Part shown: in pieces, positions 33,019-42,166 of the stretch | How the letters are laid out: each line of letters begins with the position of its first letter | Position numbering within the stretch: the stretch's first letter is position 1 | DNA from: an uncultured Candidatus Actinomarina sp. | Lineage (GTDB): Bacteria; Actinomycetota; Acidimicrobiia; Actinomarinales; Actinomarinaceae | Assembly (NCBI GenBank): GCA_902593475.1 | Contig: CACJIM010000005.1 | Location: 116-64,115, forward strand | Reading direction: 5' to 3' | Length of the DNA: 64,000 nucleotides | Translations under genes and position numbers: made by a program | Notes under the pieces: generated by a model | The model's input: the letters and a program-made list of their open reading frames with translations, nothing else | Told to the model about the DNA's origin: nothing | Databases searched by the model: none

Positions 33019-33765
33019 TTAGAATAAACCATTTACAACATTTAGGGAATCAACAATGTATAACGATGCTATAAAGGCCAGCATGAAATCAAATATATAA
33101 ATCTGACTAGAAAGTCTTGTTGTCAATTCGTACTCTAAGCGAATTTTAACAAACATAAAAGCTATTAATGTTGTAAATAATGCTGTCGTTAGCCCTGCTA
33201 AAAATATGTACAAAGTATTAGGTGAGTAAAAACTACTTACTCCGATAAACACAATAGAAACAATAAAAAAGTTAAAGAAGAACTGAAAATTGCTGAACTG
33301 CACAGCAAAATAGGTTGCAAGAATTTTTAAAAATAGCAGCAAAAGATATAGATAGGAAACGTAGTAGATATTTTCTTGAAAGCTTTCAATTACGATAAAT
33401 CGATTTACTAGAAAGGACAGAAATAAAACTACAAGCACATTACCGACTTTATATATATTTATATCTTTTTGAAATAAAAAGTAAGTTATAGAAAGCAATA
33501 AACATGAAAGCAACAAGCCGACTAAATCTATATTTATGTAGATACTTTGAATTGCAACAGAAGAAAAAGATAGTAATAAAACTGTAAGAACCACAAGATA
33601 TTGTTGTGACTTAATATCAAATTGCCCTATGAGCATCTCTGTTAGCCAAACTAATGTTAGGCCTACAAAACAGGATGTGATCAATGCTTCACTTGATATT
33701 ACGACGCCTACAAGAATTGTAATTGATAGAATATATTGAAAATAACGTAGTTGAATTTGAAACAT
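33019..33765 (-). CDS. Polytopic membrane protein
   Basis: About 8 TM. I prefer the Met at 33765 (MFQIQLRYF..) over the track start at 33864, which would run through the nrdJ regulatory region. Confidence 0.5.
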   Translation of the reverse strand: MFQIQLRYFQYILSITILVGVVISSEALITSCFVGLTLVWLTEMLIGQFDIKSQQYLVVLTVLLLSFSSVAIQSIYINIDLVGLLLSCLLLSITYFLFQKDINIYKVGNVLVVLFLSFLVNRFIVIESFQENIYYVSYLYLLLLFLKILATYFAVQFSNFQFFFNFFIVSIVFIGVSSFYSPNTLYIFLAGLTTALFTTLIAFMFVKIRLEYELTTRLSSQIYIFDFMLAFIASLYIVDSLNVVNGLF

Positions 33766-33827
33766 CCTCGCGAAAATTTTACTTGGAAAAGCTTGAAATT
33801 GTAAGCACTTTATAATATAGTTATAAA

Positions 33828-33843
33828 ACACTATATTTAGTGT
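33828..33843 (+). promoter_or_regulatory. NrdR box 1
   Basis: ACACTATATTTAGTGT is a near-perfect match to the 16-bp palindromic NrdR consensus (acaCwAtATaTwGtgt). Confidence 0.65.
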
Positions 33844-33858
33844 TATTTTGTATCCCAT

Positions 33859-33874
33859 ATACAATATTTAGTTA
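33859..33874 (+). promoter_or_regulatory. NrdR box 2 (weaker)
   Basis: ATACAATATTTAGTTA matches about 12-13/16 consensus positions. Its centre is 31 bp from the box 1 centre, the canonical tandem spacing. It ends 14 nt before the nrdJ GTG. Confidence 0.5.
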
Positions 33875-33888
33875 TTAAAGGAGAAAAA

Positions 33889-36800
33889 GTGGCAAAAAAA
33901 TCAGGGCTAAAAGTAGATAGAAAATACACAACACCGGGTAATCCATACAACAACATCACATGGGAAAAACGAAGTTCAAAAATTACTAACCCGGATGGAT
34001 CAGTTGTATTTGAAATGAATGATGTAGAAATTCCCTCCACATGGTCACAAGTTGCAACTGACATCATGGTTTCAAAATATTTTAGAAAAGCTGGTGTACC
34101 TCAAATAGACGCTGATGGAATTGAATTAAAAGATGAGAACGGTGAACGTGTTCTTGGTCCTGAGACATCTTCAAGACAAGTGTTTGATCGTCTAGCTGAA
34201 ACATGGAGGCACTGGGGAGAAAAAACTGGATATTTTGCTTCATCTGATGATGCACAAGCATTTGAGGATGAGCTTAAATATATGCTTGCAACGCAAATGG
34301 CAGCTCCAAATAGCCCTCAATGGTTTAATACTGGTTTGAATTACAAATACGACTTAACTGGCCCACAGCAAGGTTTTTGGTATGTAGATCCAAAAACTGG
34401 TAACTTAACTCCAGGTGAAGATTCCTATTCACGCCCACAACCACATGCCTGCTTTATTCAATCTATTGATGATGACTTGGTAAACGAAGGTGGAATAATG
34501 GACCTCTGGGTTAAAGAGGCTCGCCTATTCAAGTTTGGCTCTGGAACTGGTACAAACTTTTCAAATTTAAGAGGTGAAGGAGAGCAGCTTTCAGGCGGTG
34601 GTGTTTCTTCAGGAGTTATGTCATTTCTTAAAATTGGAGATAGAGCAGCTGGAGCTATAAAATCAGGTGGAACAACAAGAAGAGCTGCAAAGATGGTCAT
34701 ATTAGACCTAGATCATCCGGATATCGAAGACTTTATTGAGTGGAAAGCTATTGAAGAAGACAAAGCAAGAGCACTAATTGCTGCAGGATACCCAGCTGAC
34801 TTCAATGGTGAAGCTTATGCAACTGTCTCTGGTCAAAATTCAAATAACTCAGTAAAAGTTCCAACTGAATTTTTAACTGCAATAGAAGAAGATGGTGATT
34901 GGGATCTTATAGCAAGAACAGATGGATCGGTAATGAAAACTGTGAAAGCTAGAGATCTGTGGAACAAAATCGCTGATGCAGCATGGAGATGCGCAGATCC
35001 AGGTGTCCAGTACGATACAACGATAAATGAATGGCACACTTCACCAATGGGTGGAAGAATTAGAGCTTCTAATCCATGTTCAGAATACCTATTCTTAGAC
35101 AACACAGCATGTAACTTAGCAAGTCTTAATCTTGTTAAATTTTACGATGATGAAACTCAAATTTTTGATGTTGCTTCTTATAAACATGCTCTTAGAATTT
35201 GGACTATTGTTCTTGAAATTTCTGTTGAAATGGCACAATTTCCATCAAAAGAAATTGCTCAGGGTTCTTATGATTATAGAACTTTAGGTTTGGGTTACGC
35301 AAACTTAGGCTCTCTGTTGATGAGAAAAGGTATAGCTTATGATTCACAACTTGGAAGAGCTATTGCTGGAGCTTTAACCGCAATGCTTACAGGAGAGGCC
35401 TACAAGGCATCTGCTGAAATGGCAGGAATTGTTGGTCCTTTTCCTAAGTTCAAAGAAAATTCTGAAAATATGTTAAGAGTCATGAATAATCACAGAAAAG
35501 CGGCATATGATTCAAATGACTACGAAGGCCTTAGTCATGATTTGATTGCAATTGATCAGGAACTATGTCCTGAATATTTGTTAAAAGCAGCTCAAGCTTC
35601 TTGGGATGATGCTGTTGAGCTTGGGACTAAAAATGGTTATAGAAATGCGCAGGCTACAGTATTAGCTCCTACAGGAACTATTGGATTATTAATGGATTGC
35701 GATACAACTGGTGTGGAGCCTGACTTTGCATTAATGAAATTCAAAAAACTTGCTGGTGGTGGTTATATGAAAATAGCTAACCAATCAATTGGACCTGCAT
35801 TAGATGCACTTGGCTATAAATCTAATGAAGTTGATGAAATAATTAACTATGTAATTGGATCAATGTCACTAAATGACTCTCCTTACATAAATAAGAACTC
35901 ATTAATGGAAAAAGGATTAAGCGAAGAAGATGTTGCAAAAATAGAAGGTGCTCTTCCGGGGGCTTTTGAAATTCAACATGCTTTTAATGTTTTCGTATTA
36001 GGCGAAGAAACACTAAAAAATCTTGGTATTGATGAAGAAGCTTACACATCATTTGATTTCAATTTACTTGAAACACTTGGATATTCTCGAAATGAAATCG
36101 CACAAGCAAATCTTCATATATGTGGAACTCAAAAAATTGAGGGTGCACCATATTTGAAGGAAGAACATCTAGATGTTTTCGATTGTGCAAATAAATGTGG
36201 AAAAGATGGGGAACGATTTATTCACTACATGGGACATGTAAGAATGATGGCTGCTGCTCAACCATTTATATCTGGTGCAATCTCTAAGACTGTAAATATG
36301 CCTAATGAAGCAAGCATTGAAGATATTGAAGATTGCTATTTTGAAGCTGCAAAAATTGGTGTTAAAGCTATTGCCATTTATAGAGATGGATCAAAAGCAT
36401 CACAACCTCTATCTGCTTCATCTGATGAGGGTGACTCCGATGAAAGTGACTCAGAAGTAAATAAAATTCTTGAGGAAGAAGCAATGCTTATACAGGGTAA
36501 CTATGCTCCAGGAACAAGTCCATCATTGGCTTATGCTGGGGTAAATAGACCAAGATTCCTTCTTCCCGAAAGAAGAGATGGCTGGACTCAAGAAGCAAGA
36601 GTTGCCGGACATAAAGTGTACTTAAGAACGGGTGAATACCCTGACGGAACACTTGGTGAAGTATTTATTGATATAGCAAAAGAAGGAGCAACCCTTAAAG
36701 GTGTCTTGGGTTGTTTTGCAATAGCTGTTTCAAAAGGGCTTCAATATGGTGTTCCTCTTGAAGAGTTTGTAGATACTTTTACTTTCCAAACGTTTGAGCC

Positions 36801-37323
36801 AAGAGGAATGGTTGAGGGACATGAAAATATCAAAATGAGTAACTCTATTGTTGACTACGTCTTTAGAGCATTGGGTCTTGAGTATCTTAATAGAACAGAT
36901 CTTGTTCAAGTACCACCAAAAGACTCTCTTAGCCAGGTAACTGAAACAGTAGAGCCTATTCAAGAAATTGAGCCTGCTCAAAAAAAAAGTGAAACACTAA
37001 AACCAGTTCAAGAAGCTGAAACTATTGAGCTAGTTGAAAAAAATGAAGTAGAGGAAAGTGTTCAAGACACTCAACCATCAAATAGTGTTCAAACTAGTGA
37101 ATCTGTAATAAAAAAAGAAGAGATACAATTTGTAACGAAAGTTGAAGAGCTTAAAGAGAATGAAACAGTTGAAGCTGTTTCTAATTCCGTCTCAACTGTT
37201 CAGGAAGTTCTAGGGGATATGATGGGTGACGCTCCAGCTTGTCCTGACTGCGGACATATAACAATTAGAAATGGTTCTTGTTACAAATGTCTAAATTGTG
37301 GCAATTCTTTAGGTTGCAGCTAA
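33889..37323 (+). CDS. nrdJ: Class II (adenosylcobalamin-dependent) ribonucleotide reductase
   Basis: 1144 aa. 'NPCSEYLFLDNTACNLASLNL' active-site region, 'GLGYANLG', 'APTGTIGLLMDCDTTGVEP' and a C-terminal Cys cluster 'CPDCGH..CYKCLNCG'. GTG start with AAAGGAG RBS. Confidence 0.93.
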   Translation: MAKKSGLKVDRKYTTPGNPYNNITWEKRSSKITNPDGSVVFEMNDVEIPSTWSQVATDIMVSKYFRKAGVPQIDADGIELKDENGERVLGPETSSRQVFDRLAETWRHWGEKTGYFASSDDAQAFEDELKYMLATQMAAPNSPQWFNTGLNYKYDLTGPQQGFWYVDPKTGNLTPGEDSYSRPQPHACFIQSIDDDLVNEGGIMDLWVKEARLFKFGSGTGTNFSNLRGEGEQLSGGGVSSGVMSFLKIGDRAAGAIKSGGTTRRAAKMVILDLDHPDIEDFIEWKAIEEDKARALIAAGYPADFNGEAYATVSGQNSNNSVKVPTEFLTAIEEDGDWDLIARTDGSVMKTVKARDLWNKIADAAWRCADPGVQYDTTINEWHTSPMGGRIRASNPCSEYLFLDNTACNLASLNLVKFYDDETQIFDVASYKHALRIWTIVLEISVEMAQFPSKEIAQGSYDYRTLGLGYANLGSLLMRKGIAYDSQLGRAIAGALTAMLTGEAYKASAEMAGIVGPFPKFKENSENMLRVMNNHRKAAYDSNDYEGLSHDLIAIDQELCPEYLLKAAQASWDDAVELGTKNGYRNAQATVLAPTGTIGLLMDCDTTGVEPDFALMKFKKLAGGGYMKIANQSIGPALDALGYKSNEVDEIINYVIGSMSLNDSPYINKNSLMEKGLSEEDVAKIEGALPGAFEIQHAFNVFVLGEETLKNLGIDEEAYTSFDFNLLETLGYSRNEIAQANLHICGTQKIEGAPYLKEEHLDVFDCANKCGKDGERFIHYMGHVRMMAAAQPFISGAISKTVNMPNEASIEDIEDCYFEAAKIGVKAIAIYRDGSKASQPLSASSDEGDSDESDSEVNKILEEEAMLIQGNYAPGTSPSLAYAGVNRPRFLLPERRDGWTQEARVAGHKVYLRTGEYPDGTLGEVFIDIAKEGATLKGVLGCFAIAVSKGLQYGVPLEEFVDTFTFQTFEPRGMVEGHENIKMSNSIVDYVFRALGLEYLNRTDLVQVPPKDSLSQVTETVEPIQEIEPAQKKSETLKPVQEAETIELVEKNEVEESVQDTQPSNSVQTSESVIKKEEIQFVTKVEELKENETVEAVSNSVSTVQEVLGDMMGDAPACPDCGHITIRNGSCYKCLNCGNSLGCS

Positions 37324-37327
37324 ATTA

Positions 37328-38314
37328 TTAAATTTTTGTATTTAATTTAAATTCAATAATTTTAGTAAGCATCTCTTCAAACGTTACTTCAGTCTTCCAG
37401 CCAAGATTGTCGTAAATAAGCTTAGGGTCTGAAACAATATTCGTTGGATCTCCAGCTCTCAATAAAGAACTGTCTACTTTAACATAGTCCTGGTAGTCAA
37501 AATTAAAATATTCAAATACAAACTTGACCATATCTAATATTGTATTTCCGGTTCCTGAACCGATAACATAGTCAACAGGATCATCTTCATGAATAATCAA
37601 ATCTATAGCTTTAACAATATCATAAGCATAAGACCAGTCTCTTTTGTACTCAAGACTTCCAACAATTAATTCCGAAGTTTTTTGATTAAAAATATCTATA
37701 ACCGAATTGATTACCTTCATGACTAAAAAGTTTTCCAGTCTATATTCCGATTCGTGATTAAACATTACTCCAGATTTAATATTCCAATCATTACTATTTC
37801 TTAATTCGTAAACTTTGTTGTGTAAAGCATATTTTGCCTCAGAATATGGTGATCGTGGTTCCATTTTTGAAAACTCATTTAGTGGTAACTGTTCGGAAGC
37901 AGAAAACATTTCTGATGAGCTTGCTTGAAAGAATGTGGGTAAAGTATTGGTTAAATAACAACCTTTCACCAAATTGTTAAATTGATTTATTATTATATTT
38001 TTATATTCATCAGTATTTTGAAAAGAATTATAAACAGAGCTTGGTCCAGACAAGTTAATAATCTTGTTTACTTTTAAGTCAGTTAATAATTTTTCTACAT
38101 CGTTTTGATTTAGTAAATCTAGTTTGATTAAATCTAGGTTGTTTTCATCGTATTTACCTGTCACGTTATGTAAATTTTTATAAAAATTATTATTTTTATT
38201 TGACCTAGTAATACCGAAAATCTTTAAATCTTCCCCTTTTTTTAGTAAATGAGAAGTAAGAAATATTCCATCTTGGCCTGTTATGCCAGTAATCAATATT
38301 TTTGTTGTAGACAT
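37328..38314 (-). CDS. GDP-mannose 4,6-dehydratase-like SDR (divergent paralog)
   Basis: 'ILITGITGQDGIFLTSHLL', 'SSSEMF', 'SPYSEAKY' (YxxxK) and 'FNHESEYR'. Confidence 0.75.
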   Translation of the reverse strand: MSTTKILITGITGQDGIFLTSHLLKKGEDLKIFGITRSNKNNNFYKNLHNVTGKYDENNLDLIKLDLLNQNDVEKLLTDLKVNKIINLSGPSSVYNSFQNTDEYKNIIINQFNNLVKGCYLTNTLPTFFQASSSEMFSASEQLPLNEFSKMEPRSPYSEAKYALHNKVYELRNSNDWNIKSGVMFNHESEYRLENFLVMKVINSVIDIFNQKTSELIVGSLEYKRDWSYAYDIVKAIDLIIHEDDPVDYVIGSGTGNTILDMVKFVFEYFNFDYQDYVKVDSSLLRAGDPTNIVSDPKLIYDNLGWKTEVTFEEMLTKIIEFKLNTKI

Positions 38315-38356
38315 ATTTTAAATTTTATAGGAATAACCATATTATTCTTTAGAGTA

Positions 38357-39265
38357 GTGAAAGTTTATTTATCAGATATTAACGAATCCTGGATAGTAGA
38401 CAGAATAAGAGCTGAGTGGTACAAACACAACTCTAAATTGTCTACAGAAAAAATCAAAACTGCTGATACAATATGGATTATTTCTCCTTGGTTGTGGAAT
38501 AAATTACCTAAGAAATATCTTAAAAAATGCAAGGTTGTATGTTCTATATATCATTTTGAAAAAAAAGATTACTCTTCTTCGAATATAAAAAAGTTTCATA
38601 AAAGAGACAAATATGTAGATAGTTATCATGTGATTTCACCGAAAATTGTTAGTGAACTTAAAAAATTTACGTCAAAACCCATAACATATATTCCGTTCTG
38701 GGTGAATCAAGATATATGGTATGAAATTGAAAATAAAGAAGAATTAAGATTGAAACACAATGTACCAATTAATTCTTTTGTGATTGGTTCTTTTCAAAGA
38801 GATACTGAAGGCAAAGATTTAAAAAGTCCAAAATTAATTAAAGGGCCTGACAGGTTTATTGAAATTGTAAAGCATTATAAAAAATTACACCCTAACTTGC
38901 TTATTCTGCTTTCTGGCAAAAGACGTCAATATATTATTAATGAACTAAAAAAAGAAAATATAAGTTTTTTATACTATGAAATGGCAAGCTTTGAAGAACT
39001 GAATGAATTTTATAATATTTTAGACCTATATATTGTCTCATCAAGAATAGAAGGTGGGCCACAAGCGATTGTTGAAAGTGGAATAACAAAAACTCCAATA
39101 ATTTCAACAGATGTTGGGTTTGCTTCAGACATTTTGTCAAATGAATCAATTTTTGATATGAATAATTTTGAAAATGCAAAACCAAATATTGAATATGCAT
39201 ATAAGAAATCAAAAGAATTAATTATGCCTGATGGGTTCAAAAAATTTATAAAAATGCTTTCTTAA
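38357..39265 (+). CDS. Glycosyltransferase (GT-B, GT4-like C-terminal domain)
   Basis: 'SSRIEGGPQAIVESGITKTPIISTDVG'. Start moved to GTG at 38357 because the track start at 38249 overlaps the divergent gene. Confidence 0.55.
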   Translation: MKVYLSDINESWIVDRIRAEWYKHNSKLSTEKIKTADTIWIISPWLWNKLPKKYLKKCKVVCSIYHFEKKDYSSSNIKKFHKRDKYVDSYHVISPKIVSELKKFTSKPITYIPFWVNQDIWYEIENKEELRLKHNVPINSFVIGSFQRDTEGKDLKSPKLIKGPDRFIEIVKHYKKLHPNLLILLSGKRRQYIINELKKENISFLYYEMASFEELNEFYNILDLYIVSSRIEGGPQAIVESGITKTPIISTDVGFASDILSNESIFDMNNFENAKPNIEYAYKKSKELIMPDGFKKFIKMLS

Positions 39266-39324
39266 AATAAGATATTTTACTTAACTTATTTTATTTATTT
39301 TGTATTATTAAAAAGTGATACTGA

Positions 39325-39398
39325 GGGCGCTTAGCTCAGTCCGGCAGAGCGCTTCCCTTACAAGGAAGAAGTCACAGGTTCAAATCCTGTAGCGCCCA
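39325..39398 (+). tRNA. tRNA-Val (anticodon UAC), no encoded CCA
   Basis: Hand-folded cloverleaf: acceptor GGGCGCT/AGCGCCC, D-arm GCTC-AGTCCGGCA-GAGC, anticodon arm CTTCC-CTTACAA-GGAAG, variable AAGTC, T-arm ACAGG-TTCAAAT-CCTGT, discriminator A. 74 nt. Confidence 0.9.
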
Positions 39399-39505
39399 CA
39401 AGGGTTTTTCAAAATCTACTACTGCAAAATAATTCTCAAACGCATATTTGATTGAGAAATTAGGAAAGAATAAAGTTTTTTATAATTAAACAGATAAAAT
39501 ACCTT

Positions 39506-40306
39506 ATGACTAATAAAGTGTTCGGAACGCTTCTTTTTTACTTAATTAAACTAAAAATTGTAAATTTTCTAAATTTATTATTTTTTTTATTTGAAAAAGA
39601 TATTCGTATTAAAAAAGAAGGAGCCTTTTACTTAGTTTATTCAGAATCATACAAATTGTACTTATACCTTCTGGAAAGATTAGATTTATTTCTCGATGGA
39701 TTTGAATTTAGGTTTGAAAAACTTTTTCATGAATATTTTTTAGACCTTATTGAATTTGAAGAAGGAGATAATATTATTGATTGTGGAGCTCATTTAGGGG
39801 AAATTCTATATTACTTTAAAGATAGAAAAATAAATTATTTTGCTTTTGAGCCATCAACTAAGCTATGTGAATGTATTGAAAAAAACATAAGTATAAATCA
39901 AAATAACTATTTAAGTTATAAAGTGATTAATAAACCGTTACTGGATATTGAAGATAAAGTGACAATATATATTAGAGATGAAACGGGCGATACCTCTTTA
40001 GAAGCAGACGGTTTTTCAAAATCATTATTAGTTGATTCGATTAGATTGGACCAATATTTTAAAGGGGATACTTTGATAAAGCTTCTAAAAATTGATGCTG
40101 AGGGTTTTGAATATGAGGTTTTAAAAGGAGCAGAAAATTTATTAAGCTCAATTAAGTTTATTGCAGTTGATGCTGGATTTGAGAAAGTTTCAAATACTTT
40201 AGATACATTCAGTGAAGTAAATGAATACTTGTTATCAAATGGATTTAATTTAGAAAATAAAAATACTGAAAGACATACCTATCTTTATAAAAATTCAAGA
40301 ATTTAA
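39506..40306 (+). CDS. FkbM-family SAM-dependent methyltransferase
   Basis: 'IIDCGAHLGEILYYF' and 'LLKIDAEGFEYEVLKGAENLL'. Confidence 0.7.
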   Translation: MTNKVFGTLLFYLIKLKIVNFLNLLFFLFEKDIRIKKEGAFYLVYSESYKLYLYLLERLDLFLDGFEFRFEKLFHEYFLDLIEFEEGDNIIDCGAHLGEILYYFKDRKINYFAFEPSTKLCECIEKNISINQNNYLSYKVINKPLLDIEDKVTIYIRDETGDTSLEADGFSKSLLVDSIRLDQYFKGDTLIKLLKIDAEGFEYEVLKGAENLLSSIKFIAVDAGFEKVSNTLDTFSEVNEYLLSNGFNLENKNTERHTYLYKNSRI

Positions 40307-40352
40307 TAAATTATTAATTATGTTTTGGAAGAAAACTATAAAAGCTATATCT

Positions 40353-41216
40353 CTAAGTTTTAGTTTTGTATATAAAGCCTAAAATTCCATAAAACACATC
40401 AACAATAAGGTATAGAATTCTAAAATATATTAAGGCACTTAAATCTTGTGAAACTACAAAATTTGTACCAAGTAAAAATAAAAAAATTCCTTCTCTTATA
40501 CCAAAACCTGCAGGTATACCTACAAAAAAAAGGCCAGCATAACTTGCTATAAGATAATAAATTCCATGATTTAAATAATTTTCATAGCCAAGATTATAAA
40601 AAACAAAAAATGTAAGAAAATAGGTTAATAAAATCGAGATTATTAAATAATTTGAAAAATTTAAAATAGAGATATTTCTTATTTTTTTATTAACAAAATA
40701 TCCACTTTTAAATAAATAAACAAAAACTATTTGGACTGAGATTAAAAGTACATAAAAGTATTCATTATCTAAAAAAAAAGATGAAATAAATAATACAGGT
40801 AATGATAAGCTAGGAATTAAAAACTGTTCTTCAAATAAACCAAATAATATTTTTTTTGAATTACCCTTCTCAGTATCTTGATTAAGCCTTATTGAAATTA
40901 AACCAACACCTCCAGGAAAATATTTTCCAATATTTGAATACGACCAGGAAAAAAAAATATTTTTCTTTTTTGTATAGACAGAATCCGTTGAAAAATTAAC
41001 CCAGGTGATGCCCATTATAAAGTAAGTGAGTCCGAGTAGTAGTACTTCAAGTAGATTTATTGAAAATAAAATTTTTAAACTTTCTCCATTTAAATAAATA
41101 ATTGTCACTATATATGCAATTGCAATTAAGGCAATTCCGACATTTATTGTTTTGAGTTTCTTTTGAAAATTTCTGTCATTTACATATGAAAATAACTTTT
41201 CGATATTATTCTTCAT
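40353..41216 (-). CDS. UPF0104 / lysyl-PG-synthase-TM-like 'flippase-like' membrane protein
   Basis: About 8 TM with 'VGIPAGFGIREG' (cf. PGG.G..E). 11-nt overlap with the GT2 gene. Confidence 0.55.
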   Translation of the reverse strand: MKNNIEKLFSYVNDRNFQKKLKTINVGIALIAIAYIVTIIYLNGESLKILFSINLLEVLLLGLTYFIMGITWVNFSTDSVYTKKKNIFFSWSYSNIGKYFPGGVGLISIRLNQDTEKGNSKKILFGLFEEQFLIPSLSLPVLFISSFFLDNEYFYVLLISVQIVFVYLFKSGYFVNKKIRNISILNFSNYLIISILLTYFLTFFVFYNLGYENYLNHGIYYLIASYAGLFFVGIPAGFGIREGIFLFLLGTNFVVSQDLSALIYFRILYLIVDVFYGILGFIYKTKT

Positions 41217-42165
41217 TGCTTATATGATCATTCCTGATAGACTTTTCTTCTTTAAATGATTCAATAAACAGAAACATAGTAAAGAATGAAATTAATAATA
41301 GTATTAATGCCCATGAGCCAATAAAAGAAGTATTAAATATTTGAATGCTCGTAAAAATTAAAGCAAACCTTAAAAAAACAACAAAATTTAGTATTAAAAA
41401 AAATAAAAACACAAAGTCTAAAAAAGCCGATCGTTGGTATTTTCCAATCAATAATTTGTTTTTAATTTTTAAGATTAAAAAATGAAAGGATAACCTGATA
41501 AGTGTAAAAAACATTTTTATTGAATTTAAATTACTTTTTTCATTTCCATAGGAAACTACATTGTTTATTTGAAAAATTTTAAAAAATGAAATTGCTGTCA
41601 AACCCGAAAAATAGAATGGATAACCATATCTTTTTGGATAAACTTTTTTGTTAATATAATTTAGCACTTTTACGTTTGTTCCAAATAATCCGTTTAATGG
41701 GTCAAAAAGTTTATTTGTTCCAGAGATAAATTGAAGCAATATCGTAGCAAATAAGTTACCAAAATATCTATTTCTAGGGATTTTACCCTCAATTCCATTT
41801 TCCCAGAATCTATTTGACTTGATGAAGTCATAATTTTTATCTTCATAAAGTTTTATTATTTTATTTATATCATTTAATTTAAATTGATTGTCGCCATCAA
41901 CTTTAATGACAAATTCAAATCCGTCATTTTTAGCCCTTTCAATAATCTTAAGTGTCGAGTTTCCAGCACCTTCATTTTTTATATTATTTATAATCGTAAA
42001 ATTTTTTGTAGTATTCAATTCCTCTAATATATCCATTGTTCTGTCAGTGCTTGAATCATTTAAGACATACACATCTCTATTAAGAGTTAAAATTTCATTT
42101 AACACCCTTTCAATATGCTGCTCTTCATTATAAGCAAGTATGCCAATGGCAATTTTTTTTACCAA
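41206..42165 (-). CDS. GT2 glycosyltransferase with C-terminal TM helices (GtrB / polyprenyl-phosphate sugar synthase-like)
   Basis: 'IAIGILAYNEEQHIERVL', 'LNDSSTDRT' and 'KVDGDNQ' (DxD), plus 2-3 C-terminal TM. TTG start 1 nt after the upstream stop. Confidence 0.8.
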   Translation of the reverse strand: MVKKIAIGILAYNEEQHIERVLNEILTLNRDVYVLNDSSTDRTMDILEELNTTKNFTIINNIKNEGAGNSTLKIIERAKNDGFEFVIKVDGDNQFKLNDINKIIKLYEDKNYDFIKSNRFWENGIEGKIPRNRYFGNLFATILLQFISGTNKLFDPLNGLFGTNVKVLNYINKKVYPKRYGYPFYFSGLTAISFFKIFQINNVVSYGNEKSNLNSIKMFFTLIRLSFHFLILKIKNKLLIGKYQRSAFLDFVFLFFLILNFVVFLRFALIFTSIQIFNTSFIGSWALILLLISFFTMFLFIESFKEEKSIRNDHISNEE

Positions 42166-42166
42166 C

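Noticed and set aside
38249-38356. N-terminal extensions in the ORF track: 38249, 29812, 33864, 24121, 51085, 44038/44070 and 19897.
   Set aside because: The extensions overlap divergent genes or regulatory sites, or precede obvious signal anchors or the obligatory Ntn-Cys. They also use rare starts. Shorter starts with RBS or stop-start coupling fit better, and I state the chosen start in each affected feature's evidence.
39264-39292. AT-rich hairpin (aaaataag-n13-cttatttt) after the GT gene, considered as a possible terminator.
   Set aside because: The stem has a single G:C pair and a 13-nt loop. It cannot be told apart from random palindromes in this AT-rich DNA.
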